From NCBI GenBank assembly GCA_963705165.1, contig CAVPJD010000004.1, forward strand, positions 1 to 48,330: a stretch of DNA of 48,330 bases. Reading direction: 5' to 3'. The DNA comes from an uncultured delta proteobacterium (GTDB lineage Bacteria; Desulfobacterota; Syntrophia; Syntrophales; UBA2192). Shown piece by piece: positions 8,527 to 18,866 of the stretch. Each line of letters starts with the position of its first letter. The first letter of the stretch is position 1. The position numbers and the translations under genes are program-made. The notes beneath the pieces were generated by a model, which was not told where the DNA came from, did not search any database, and worked only from the letters and a program-made list of their open reading frames with translations.

Positions 8527-9717
8527 TCAGGCCGTTTTCACGGCCTGGGCGACGGCCTTGCCGAGTTTGGCGCAGGCCTCGAGGTCGGCCGGTTTCGGCT
8601 GCCACTTGGCTTTCACGCCGGGGCAGGCCAAGGGGATCTTGCAGCGCTGCAGGTGCTCCTCGATGACTTTCACCGACTCGCCGCTCCAGCCGTAGGAGCC
8701 GAAGGCCGCACCGATCTTGTTCTGGAACCGAAGCCCCCGCAGGTCTTCCAGGATCGGGGTGATCGTCGGAAGGACGCCCTGGTTCACCGTACAGGAGCCA
8801 ATGATGACGGCCTTCGATTTGAAGATCTCCGTGATCACATCGTTGCGGTCCGTGACGGCCATGTGGAAGATCTTATAGGGCACGCCCTCGGCGGCAAGCC
8901 CGTCGCCCACGGCCTCGGCCATCCTGCGCGTCGCCTCCCACATGGTGTCGTAGAGGATGACGGCGGTTTTCTCGGGGGCCTGGGCCGCCCACTCCTTGTA
9001 CTTTTTAACGATCTGCAGGGGGTCTTTGCGCCAGATGACTCCGTGGCTCGGCGCGATCATGTCCACGGGCAGGCCGAGCGCCAGCACCTCGTCGATCTTC
9101 TTCGAGACGAGCGGGCTGAAGGGGGTGAGGATGTTGGCGTAGTACTTGATGGCCTCCTCGTAGAGCTCCTCCTGGTCCACCTGGTCGTTGAAGCGAAAGG
9201 CCGTGGCGTAATGCTGGCCGAAGGCGTCATTGGACATCAGCAGGTTGCGGCCCGCCAGGTAGGTGAACATGCTGTCGGGCCAGTGGAGCATCGTCGCCTC
9301 GATGAAGACAAGCTCGCTTTTCCCGATGGGGATGCGGTCGCCCGTCTTGACGGCCCGGAACTTCCATGGCTGGTGGTAGAGCCCCTCGATGCTCTCCATG
9401 CCACGCTTGGACACGATCAGCTCGGCGTTGGGTACATGCTGCATGATGAGAGGGAGCCCGCCCGAGTGATCGGGTTCGGCGTGGTTGGCAACCACGATGT
9501 CGATCTTCGCCGGGTCGATGACGGCCTTGAGGTTCTCGAGCCACTCCTGCCTGAAGGGGGCCCATGTGGTGTCGACCAGAACGGTCAACTCGTCCCGGAT
9601 CAGATAGGAATTATAGGTGGAACCGCGGTGGGTCGACAGCTCGTGGCCATGAAACTTCCGCAGGCCCCAGTCAACGATCCCCACCCAGTAGACATCTTTC
9701 ATCAATTCTGTGACCAT
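8527..9717 (-). CDS. fprA: Flavodiiron protein (FprA / A-type flavoprotein)
   Basis: GSTYNSY, NHAEPDH, LHWPD, SNDAFG and APSHG motifs; flavodoxin domain with FGSYGWSGE. Confidence 0.93.
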   Translation of the reverse strand: MVTELMKDVYWVGIVDWGLRKFHGHELSTHRGSTYNSYLIRDELTVLVDTTWAPFRQEWLENLKAVIDPAKIDIVVANHAEPDHSGGLPLIMQHVPNAELIVSKRGMESIEGLYHQPWKFRAVKTGDRIPIGKSELVFIEATMLHWPDSMFTYLAGRNLLMSNDAFGQHYATAFRFNDQVDQEELYEEAIKYYANILTPFSPLVSKKIDEVLALGLPVDMIAPSHGVIWRKDPLQIVKKYKEWAAQAPEKTAVILYDTMWEATRRMAEAVGDGLAAEGVPYKIFHMAVTDRNDVITEIFKSKAVIIGSCTVNQGVLPTITPILEDLRGLRFQNKIGAAFGSYGWSGESVKVIEEHLQRCKIPLACPGVKAKWQPKPADLEACAKLGKAVAQAVKTA

Positions 9718-9839
9718 TAAAACCTCCCGATCCTGAAGAGTTTATTCTTTTTCTGATAAGCCAGTTTACCCCCCTGCCGCGCCAAAATAAAGGGGCAAAA
9801 TGTCCCGCCCGGCTTGTGCAGCTATGTCGATAAATTTAC

Positions 9840-9868
9840 TTGACATCTCGCTCCGGGTGTACTAGTCT
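9840..9868 (+). promoter_or_regulatory. Sigma70-type promoter upstream of the typA leader
   Basis: TTGACA (9840-9845), 17-nt spacer, TAGTCT (9863-9868). Confidence 0.65.
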
Positions 9869-9874
9869 GCCCGA

Positions 9875-10042
9875 TACCTGACGGCGACAGCTAGCGAACC
9901 GGCAGGGTGCAGTAAGAGTTAGGGGACACGCAGTTTGAGATTGTTTGCCACCACACTCGTACGGGTCTGGTGGTTTTTTGATGATGGGCACCTCGGTGCA
10001 GATCGAGGTGCTTTTTTTCGGGGGGATCATCGAATCCCCCCG
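9875..10042 (+). ncRNA. Unidentified structured leader or small RNA with two tandem intrinsic terminators
   Basis: Hairpin CCTG..CAGG (9877-9906); terminator 1 at 9948-9979; terminator 2 at 9988-10018; third perfect 9-bp hairpin at 10019-10042. Confidence 0.5.
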
Positions 10043-10076
10043 CAGCAGTTCTATAGGGAAAAAAGAAAGCAGGGTC

Positions 10077-11912
<1,836 letters not shown>

Positions 11913-11946
11913 TTCCTTCCTTGATTTCCCTCTCCCTGCAGAGATT

Positions 11947-12000
11947 TTCACCTTGCAGGCTCCCTCTCCCTTGAGGGGAGAGGGTCGGGGTGAGGGTGAA
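11947..12000. repeat. REP-like palindromic element
   Basis: CCCTCTCCC-TTGA-GGGGAGAGGG-TCGGGGTGAGGG, with outer TTCACC/GGTGAA arms. Confidence 0.65.
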
Positions 12001-12066
12001 TGATCCCATTCCTTTTTCGAGGGGATCCATGTAACGACTGAATGCATCAATCACTGAGGATTAAAC

Positions 12067-13122
12067 ATGTTTGTCTCCATCATCGGAACCGCGGCATCGG
12101 GTAAAACAACATTTTTCAAGGCACTCTCAGGTGCAAACGGCAACGGGGGGAACAACGGGCATCCCTCCGTCCGCATCGAAGTTCCCGACGAGCGGATCGA
12201 TGCGCTGACGAAGATCTTCAACCCCCGAAAGACGACCTACTCACGCCTCGACGTGACGGACACCGTAGCCATCCGCGAAGGCGAGGTCAAAAACGAAACG
12301 CTGGATGCCAAATCCCTGCAGCAGATGCGGCAAAGCGACGCCGTTCTTCTGGTGCTGCGCCACTTCGACAACGGACACGCCGCCGATCCCGTCGGCGATT
12401 TTCAGCGCGTCCAGGAAGAGTTCATCCTGGCCGACATGGTCCAGACCGAAGGCCGCCTCGAGCGTCTGCGAAAGCAGAATGCCCTCAAGCCCCAGCCGGC
12501 CCTGCAGCAGGAGCAGGCGCTGCTCGAGCTGTGTCTCGGACACCTCGAGGCAGGCAGCCCACTGGCCACGCTGGCCCTGTCCTGCGAAGACGACAAGAAA
12601 ATCCGCGGATTCCTGTTTCTTTCGCGCAAGCCCATGATGATCGTCGTCAACTGCGTCGAGGCAAGGCTCGCCGAGGCGGAGACCATCGCCTCGCAGCTTC
12701 GGGAGCGGCTGCCGGGGCACATCCCCGTGGTGGCCGCCTGCGGGCAGTTGGAGGCGGAGCTGACCGCCATGCCGCCGGAAGAGCAGGCGGAGTTCATGAA
12801 CGAATACGGAATCCGGGAGTCGCTGCGCGGGCGGATCATCCGTCTTGCCTACGACACGCTGGGACTGATTTCCTTCCTGACCGTGGGAGAGGACGAGTGC
12901 CGGGCCTGGCCTGTCCGCAGAGGCATGAGCGCCCAGGAAGCGGCAGGCACCATCCACACCGATCTTTCCCGGACGTTCATCCGCGCCGAGACGGTCTCCT
13001 ACGAAGACTTCATCCGGCTGGACGGTTTTGCGGGCTGCAAGAAGGCAGGCGTCTGGCGCCTCGAGGGCAAGGGCTACATCGTGCAGGACGGGGATATCAT
13101 GTCCATCCGGGCGGGCAACTGA
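12067..13122 (+). CDS. YchF/Obg-like ATPase, divergent paralog (C-terminal TGS/DUF933)
   Basis: VPDERID, LGLISFLTVG.DECRAW, AAGTIHTD, FIRAE and RLEGKGYIVQDGDI; altered P-loop GTAASGKTT. Confidence 0.85.
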   Translation: MFVSIIGTAASGKTTFFKALSGANGNGGNNGHPSVRIEVPDERIDALTKIFNPRKTTYSRLDVTDTVAIREGEVKNETLDAKSLQQMRQSDAVLLVLRHFDNGHAADPVGDFQRVQEEFILADMVQTEGRLERLRKQNALKPQPALQQEQALLELCLGHLEAGSPLATLALSCEDDKKIRGFLFLSRKPMMIVVNCVEARLAEAETIASQLRERLPGHIPVVAACGQLEAELTAMPPEEQAEFMNEYGIRESLRGRIIRLAYDTLGLISFLTVGEDECRAWPVRRGMSAQEAAGTIHTDLSRTFIRAETVSYEDFIRLDGFAGCKKAGVWRLEGKGYIVQDGDIMSIRAGN

Positions 13123-13170
13123 AAAAGGGGTTAGGGTACAGGGTCAAGGGGACAGGAAGAACCCGATTGC

Positions 13171-13923
13171 CGCGTTACTACCTTACTGACGCGGCTCGTC
13201 TGTGTGTGCGCGTTCCTGCGGTACCTGGCCGAGGAGAAGGTCGTCTCCCCGGAGATCTTCGTGCGAAGGATCCAGCTGAAGCTGCCCGAGCGGCTGCCGC
13301 GGGCGATGGCGCCCGAGGATACGGCCAAGCTGCTTTCAGTCATTGATAATCCCGAGGACCGGACGATGATCCTGGTCCTGCTTCGGACGGGCCTGCGGAT
13401 TGGCGAGCTTCTGCACACCAGGGTGACAGACGTCAACGTCCGGGAGCGCCGCATCGAGATCTACGAGGCGGAGAAGAACCGGCTGGGCCGTGTGGTGTAC
13501 CTGAGCGAGGATGCGCTTTCGGCGTTGGGGATCTGGATGAGCAAACGAAACGTCTTGAAGGAGTACCTGTTCTATGGACGTAGTGAGGATGGCCGGATGA
13601 GCTACAGCACGGCCCGGGCCCGGTTTGCCGGCTATCTCGGGAAGGCGGGGCTTGCAGATCGGGGCTATACGGTCCACACGCTTCGACACACCTTTGCGAC
13701 GGAGCTTCTCAATGCCGGGATGCGCCTGGAGTGCCTGCAGGTGCTCCTGGGTCATCGAAGCATCGAGGAGACGCGGCGATATGCCTGCCTTACGGATAAG
13801 ACACGGGAGGAAGAGTACTTCAGGGCCATGTCTGTAATCGAGAGGGGAAACGACGATGACGGATGCGATCATCCACTGGCGGCGCTATCTGAAGAGGCGC
13901 AACTGCTCGCCCAACACGGTTAA
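13171..13923 (+). pseudogene. 5'-truncated tyrosine recombinase (XerC/D-like)
   Basis: Catalytic R (TGLR), K, HTLRH, LGH and Y are intact. The frame begins mid core-binding domain (RVTTLLTRLVCVCAFLRYL) after a TAG at 13132-13134, with no good start or RBS. Confidence 0.65.
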
Positions 13924-14734
13924 GAACTACCTGTGCGCGATCAGAAGCTTTGTGCTGTGGCTCGATGTGCCGATCGAGCACGTCACGCACTCCAAGGTCT
14001 CGCACTACATCGACGAGCTGATGAGGCGGCGCCTGAAGCCCAAGAGCATCAACTGCCAGCTCAACGTCATCCGGCAGTTCTATCACTTTCTGCGGGACGA
14101 GGGCGTCCTGGACATCGCAAACCCGGTGAAAAACACGCATGCCCTGAAGATGTCGCGGCCGCTGCCCCGGCACCTGAAGGACGAGCAGGTCGAGAGCTTC
14201 TTCCAGATCATCACTCGACCGCGCGACCGGGCCATGTTCATGCTGATGGTTCGCTGCGGGCTGCGGGTCGAGGAGGTCGCCCAGTTGACGCTCGGGGCTG
14301 TGGACTACAAACACCGGAAGCTTCTGATCGAGGACGGCAAAGGCGGAAAGGACCGCATCGTGTATTTGAGTCAGGATGCCTGCCAGGCGCTTGTGGCCTA
14401 TCTTCGGGTGCGGCCCTCATCGCGAACTCGTCGGATCTTTCTCGTGGAGAAGGGCCCTTGCACGGGCCAGCCGATCTCGATTCGCGGCATTCAGAAGCGC
14501 ATGGAGCACTATGGCCGCAAGACGAAGCTTCGCGTCTCCTGTCATCAGCTGCGCCACACAATGGCCACGCAGCTGCTCAATGCCGATGCCGACCTGTGCA
14601 CGATCCAGGACCTCCTCGGGCACAGCAACGTCAAAACCACGCAACGCTACTGCAGGGTGTCAAACCTGAAAGTGCAGCGGGATTACTTCAAGGCCATGGA
14701 GGCGATCATGAGACAAAACATAGACAGCACTTGA
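13856..14734 (+). CDS. Tyrosine recombinase (XerC/D-like), second of a tandem pair
   Basis: SPNTVKNY, CGLR, GKGGK, HQLRH, LLGH and TQRY; GAGGGG RBS; overlaps the upstream recombinase by 68 nt. Confidence 0.92.
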   Translation: MTDAIIHWRRYLKRRNCSPNTVKNYLCAIRSFVLWLDVPIEHVTHSKVSHYIDELMRRRLKPKSINCQLNVIRQFYHFLRDEGVLDIANPVKNTHALKMSRPLPRHLKDEQVESFFQIITRPRDRAMFMLMVRCGLRVEEVAQLTLGAVDYKHRKLLIEDGKGGKDRIVYLSQDACQALVAYLRVRPSSRTRRIFLVEKGPCTGQPISIRGIQKRMEHYGRKTKLRVSCHQLRHTMATQLLNADADLCTIQDLLGHSNVKTTQRYCRVSNLKVQRDYFKAMEAIMRQNIDST

Positions 14735-14870
14735 TGAACAGGAAAAAGGATGAGATGGTAAACAGGACTTAACAAACCAGAATCCGTGAGAAAAACAGAC
14801 TTTGTTACGTATACACCTACGAGTCGATAGATTCATGAACCGGGAAAAACGAAAATTACCAGTTGAATGA

Positions 14871-14930
14871 GAGTAACGCCTGAATTAAGCCGCGCCGCGA
14901 AGCGGCGTCGGCTTGAATGAATTGTTAGGC
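14871..14930 (-). mobile_element. Integron attC recombination site (60 bp, aadA-type)
   Basis: Minus strand GCCTAAC-AATTCATTCAAGCCGACGCCGCTTCGCGGCGCGGCTTAATTCAGGC-GTTACTC: R'' RYYYAAC, imperfect palindrome with extrahelical bases, R' GTT. Confidence 0.92.
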
Positions 14931-15067
14931 CTACCTGCGACAGGCCTTTCTGTTGTTTGCACGGATAACTAGACCGTAAGAAATGAATTCAGGCGCAATC
15001 ACATCTCGGCAAGCCACCAGCTGTTGCGCGGCACAGCCATTGACAATTCGCTGGATGCCCCAACCCA

Positions 15068-15814
15068 TCACCGCCTCATCAGCGCGAACACACCCCAGCC
15101 TAGGTATTCACGCGTGTAAGCGGCGTAGCGCTCGGGTTCCGAGGTCAGTTTGGCTCGAACATCTTTCGCGAACTCGTCGTCGGGATTAGCTTCAAGCCAT
15201 CTGCGCATGGTGAGCCATTTGGCCGCCTCGTATCTGTCCCAGCCGTCTTGGTCTGCCAAAACCATTTCCACGACGTCGTAGTCGAGGTGGCCGAAAGACG
15301 CGAGAAGTTCTGGAAGCATGAGAAAGTCGGAGATTGAGCCGGCAAGACACCCCTTGGCAACATCTTCCGTCGGCGGTAACTGCCGCCAGTAGGGCTCGCC
15401 GATGAGGATGATCCCTCCGGTGCGGAGGCTCTGCGCCAGAAGCTCGATAGTGCCGATGACTCCTCCAGCGATCCATGTGGCACCGAGACAGGCTGCCACA
15501 TCGGCCTTCTCGTCAGAGACGTAGCCGGCAGCATCGCCATGGATGAACTTGACTTGATCGGCGACGCCGAGTTCTTCAGCGCGGAGTTTCGCTTGCTCGG
15601 TGAACAACTGGCTCATGTCGATGCCGGTGCCGATGACTCCGTAATCGCGTGCCCAGGTGCACAGCATCTCCCCCGAACCGCTGCCGAGGTCGAGCACTCG
15701 GCCCCCCGTTTCCAGACGCAGCGCCGCGCCGAGAGTGGCGAGCTTTTCGGGTGTGAACGGGTTATGGATGCGGTGAGCACTTTCGGTGATGTTGAAGATC
15801 CGTGGAATGTCCAC
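15068..15814 (-). CDS. Class I SAM-dependent methyltransferase (YjhP-like), carried on a gene cassette
   Basis: VLDLGSGSG SAM motif and N-terminus DIPRIFNITESAHRIHNP; GTG start with AAGGAG RBS; attC 137 nt downstream. Confidence 0.88.
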   Translation of the reverse strand: MDIPRIFNITESAHRIHNPFTPEKLATLGAALRLETGGRVLDLGSGSGEMLCTWARDYGVIGTGIDMSQLFTEQAKLRAEELGVADQVKFIHGDAAGYVSDEKADVAACLGATWIAGGVIGTIELLAQSLRTGGIILIGEPYWRQLPPTEDVAKGCLAGSISDFLMLPELLASFGHLDYDVVEMVLADQDGWDRYEAAKWLTMRRWLEANPDDEFAKDVRAKLTSEPERYAAYTREYLGWGVFALMRR

Positions 15815-16168
15815 TGCGGAAAATCTCCTTACGACAGTGTTTAGATGGATCATTGCTAATAACGTAAAAGATGCATTATTGCCGTATAATACTCAGAGGG
15901 GAAATCGACCTTTTCATATACATGTATTTGATATATCTATATAATCAATCTATCTCCTGTGCTTCAGTTGGAATGTTATCCGGATCTGGATAATATCCTA
16001 ACCAATTTACCAGAGATTCTCCGTTCCATTCATGTCAAGGATTACGATTTGAAAGGTAGCATAAAATAATTAAAATGAAAAACAAGACTTCAGAAAGAGT
16101 CGATACCCGACTTGACATATCTTGTCAGGTCACGTGCTTGTCAGACCAGATTATCCACTTCGCGATGT

Positions 16169-16199
16169 TTGACATCCAGGGGGTTCAACCTTAAGTTGA
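16169..16199 (+). promoter_or_regulatory. Sigma70 promoter with an overlapping palindromic operator
   Basis: TTGACA (16169-16174), 17-nt spacer, TAAGTT (16192-16197); dyad TCAAC-CTTAA-GTTGA at 16185-16199. Confidence 0.55.
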
Positions 16200-16203
16200 C
16201 CCT

Positions 16204-16467
16204 ATGGATGCCTTGCGGATTCTCTTCAATGTTCTGCTCTTCACCGCTTCCCTCTTTGCGGCGGCGCTCGTCGTCGAGAAGATCTACGCGGGTCGCTGGA
16301 AGTGGGTTGCCTTCGGCATCCTGATGAGCTTCATTATCGGCTTTGCCCTGTTCCCCGGGACCCTGATTGCGGTCCTCGAGGCCCTGCCAGGCGGGCTGAC
16401 ACTCACCAACGCGTCAACGCTGATTCTTGGAGGGGTTGCGGCGGGCTTTCTCGCCACGGGCGTCTGA
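16204..16467 (+). CDS. Small membrane protein (about 3 TM), unknown function
   Basis: 87-aa hydrophobic ORF with host-like codon usage, directly after a promoter. Confidence 0.7.
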   Translation: MDALRILFNVLLFTASLFAAALVVEKIYAGRWKWVAFGILMSFIIGFALFPGTLIAVLEALPGGLTLTNASTLILGGVAAGFLATGV

Positions 16468-16611
16468 ATCGTCTTTCGTATTCTTCAGGAGGTCTTCCTG
16501 AAGCTCTTCTCCCGGTAATTTGATTAGTGGCTTGTGGTTTGTGGCTGGTGAAAGACGTATCCAGGATTACATGACCCGATGTCTTCTCATTCACTGGTCA
16601 CTAGTCACTGA

Positions 16612-17940
16612 TCACGGCCGCGAAGCGGCCTGTTGGGCCAGGGTCCTCGACTGGGCGGGCGCGACGATCACCCCTTCGATTTCCAGGTCGACTTTCAGGC
16701 GCCGGGCGGCCGCCGCCGCAGCTTTCTTATTCGTGTAGGGGCCGGTCACGACCTGGTAGCGATCGCCCTTCTTCACCACCCTGGCCGGAATGGGCGGCCC
16801 CTGGTGGTTCAGCACGGCGGCCAGCCTCCTAGCGTTGAGCTCCCCGATCATTTCATCGGCGCGGACGTACCAGGCCCCGGGCTTCATCGCCGGGACCCGG
16901 GGCTGGCCGGTCAGTTGGGCAGGCCGCTGGACCTCCACGGCGGAGGCGATCATGCCTTCGAGCCCGCCGCCGCTTTCCAGGATCGGGACGGGGATGCCCC
17001 TGGCCTGCGTCACGGTTTCCTCCACGCGCTTCCAATCGAGCCGGCGCGTCTCCTTCTTCTCGATCTCCTTGAGCCGCGCGAAGAGCCTCTTCTTCACGTC
17101 CGGGGCATTCAGCTCCTCCTGGGGGGTGTGCGCCTCCAGGTAGAGCATCCCACCCGCGCGGCCGACCAGGTAGGGCTGGTTCACCACGTGCACGGACGTC
17201 TTCACGGGCACGGCCCGGTAGAGCTTCTCCACATCCTCCGGGTAGAGCCGGATGCATCCGTTTGTCGCCCGAAGCCCGATGCTGTAGGGCTTGTTGGTCC
17301 CGTGGATCACGTAGCTCGCGCGGCTCAGGTACAGCGCGTACTCCCCGAGCGGGTTGTCGGGGCCCGGAGGGACCTCGGCGGGCAGCGGGTCCCCCCTCTG
17401 CGCATGGTCCCTGCGGATCGAGGCGGGAACGTACCATGTCGGACTGACGGCCTTGCGCTCCACGAACATCGCGCCCATGGGGGTGGAGCGCCCCTCCTCG
17501 CCGATGCCGACGGGATAAGTCAGAACTGGCCGGTTTTTTCCGCCGTAATGAAACAGGCGCATGGTTGCGAGGTTGATCACGACGCCCTGCCGGGGGGCTT
17601 CCGGCAGGACGAACATCAGGGGCAGAAGCACGCGGCTGCCGTCCCCGGGCGCCCAGACGTCCACGTCCGGGTTGGCCTTGTTGACGGCCTCATGTCCGAG
17701 GCCGAAATGTCTCGCGATATCCGGCAGCGTGTCGCCGTCCCGGATGCTGACCACGGCCAGCTTGCCGATGAGCTGATCGCCCTTCGAGGCGTCAAAGACA
17801 TGCTTTTCGACGCGTTTTTCCGCTTGATCCGGCCCGGACCCGAAGATCCTCATCTTCGGGGGCACGGCACAGGCCTGGAGGAAACAGCCGATGAGGACCA
17901 AGGCGGCAAGGCGCGCCCAACCTGTTGCGTGTGTGGACAT
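16612..17940 (-). CDS. L,D-transpeptidase (ErfK/YcfS/YnhG family) with LysM-like and C-terminal SPOR domains; probable lipoprotein
   Basis: LQAC lipobox, ANPDVD.W.P, YPVGIG, PGPDNPLG, IHGT...GCIRL catalytic motif and YQVVTGPY SPOR motif. Confidence 0.92.
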   Translation of the reverse strand: MSTHATGWARLAALVLIGCFLQACAVPPKMRIFGSGPDQAEKRVEKHVFDASKGDQLIGKLAVVSIRDGDTLPDIARHFGLGHEAVNKANPDVDVWAPGDGSRVLLPLMFVLPEAPRQGVVINLATMRLFHYGGKNRPVLTYPVGIGEEGRSTPMGAMFVERKAVSPTWYVPASIRRDHAQRGDPLPAEVPPGPDNPLGEYALYLSRASYVIHGTNKPYSIGLRATNGCIRLYPEDVEKLYRAVPVKTSVHVVNQPYLVGRAGGMLYLEAHTPQEELNAPDVKKRLFARLKEIEKKETRRLDWKRVEETVTQARGIPVPILESGGGLEGMIASAVEVQRPAQLTGQPRVPAMKPGAWYVRADEMIGELNARRLAAVLNHQGPPIPARVVKKGDRYQVVTGPYTNKKAAAAAARRLKVDLEIEGVIVAPAQSRTLAQQAASRP

Positions 17941-17982
17941 GACGACTTCCTGAACGTCCTTTCGTGATGATGACCTGCCCGA

Positions 17983-18288
17983 TCAGCGGACCAGCCCGCA
18001 ATAGAGGGACACGGACAGCAGTGTGAGCGAGATGAGGGCCACAATGAACAGCAGGTCTGCGAGCCTCTCACAAAGAGCCGCCCGCCTGGGGGCCCGTATC
18101 GAGGCATAGGAGAGCAGGCAGGCCGCGAAAAACAGGAACAGCGACAGGAGCGCGAAATCGTCGACAAGCGTCTTGTCGGCGTGGCCAAAGGCCCCGATGA
18201 GGGTCACGATGGCAAAGCTGATCCCCATCAGCGTCGACGAAGCCGCCAGGATGTGATGGGACATCCCCCTGGGTTCCTTCTCCGGCAT
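17983..18288 (-). CDS. Small membrane protein (3 TM)
   Basis: HILAASSTLMGISF...SYASIR...ERLADLLF; ATG 18286-18288 with GGAGAGGAG RBS. Confidence 0.7.
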   Translation of the reverse strand: MPEKEPRGMSHHILAASSTLMGISFAIVTLIGAFGHADKTLVDDFALLSLFLFFAACLLSYASIRAPRRAALCERLADLLFIVALISLTLLSVSLYCGLVR

Positions 18289-18353
18289 GACCGGTCTTCT
18301 CCTCTCCCGTTTCCGGTGAAAGCCTCCCACGGCAGGGTCGGCCCGTTTGCCGT

Positions 18354-18866
18354 TCACCCGCCTTTCATCGTGAAGCGCCACTTGCAGAAATTCTCTGCCG
18401 GATGAGGGTCCGGCGGCGCGTAGAGGCACTCCACCTCGATGCCCTCGTCGATGACGCGGGCGAAGTTGGCAAATTCACCCCGGTGCATCTCCTTGCAGGC
18501 AAACTCCGGCAGCCCCCGGGCAAGCCTCGCGACCTGCGGCGCGCAGCGGGGGACCGTGATGATCACCTCACCCTCACGCTCTTCGATCTCGTATCCGATG
18601 ATGATCGTCCAGGGGAAATAGCGCAGGGCCTGAACGAAACCCGAAAGTCCCTTGCCGACCCCGAAGCGATTCACAAAATCCCGGGCGGCAAGCTCTGCGG
18701 CCTTGTGCCAGACGCGCTCGTTGATCCCCTCGGCCGTGGGCTGGTCGAATTTCTCCTGCACGAAAAGAAACCAGAACCCGTCGATCACCCGGTAGTGCCA
18801 GAGCAGGAACTCCACATAGGCGCGCAGCTCCGCGGGGCCCATCCGGTCAAGAAGTTTCAGATCCAT
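18354..18866 (-). CDS. DUF6125-like / V4R-fold small-ligand-binding protein
   Basis: IDGFWFL, C.PQ.AR..RGL.EFACK and C...PPD.HP...FCKWRF motifs; starts at the stop of the upstream thioesterase. Confidence 0.72.
   Translation of the reverse strand: MDLKLLDRMGPAELRAYVEFLLWHYRVIDGFWFLFVQEKFDQPTAEGINERVWHKAAELAARDFVNRFGVGKGLSGFVQALRYFPWTIIIGYEIEEREGEVIITVPRCAPQVARLARGLPEFACKEMHRGEFANFARVIDEGIEVECLYAPPDPHPAENFCKWRFTMKGG

Larger units (their letters stand above)
13171..14734 (+). mobile_element. Remnant of a multi-recombinase element (RIT-like)
   Basis: Two overlapping co-oriented tyrosine recombinases, the first truncated; terminal repeats not identified. Confidence 0.5.

Noticed and set aside
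9875..9960. tRNA, SRP or 6S identity for the typA leader
   Set aside because: No cloverleaf or TTCG T-loop, no SRP GGAA/AGCAG motif, and not the long rod expected of 6S
13171..14734. Calling the recombinases integron integrases
   Set aside because: No IntI-specific insertion is visible, no attI is recognisable, and the orientation is convergent with the cassette
14767..14810. Second attC-like pair ACTTAAC...GTTACGT after the recombinase
   Set aside because: The interior has no L-box palindrome and does not fold like an attC. It may be an element end, but I cannot support that
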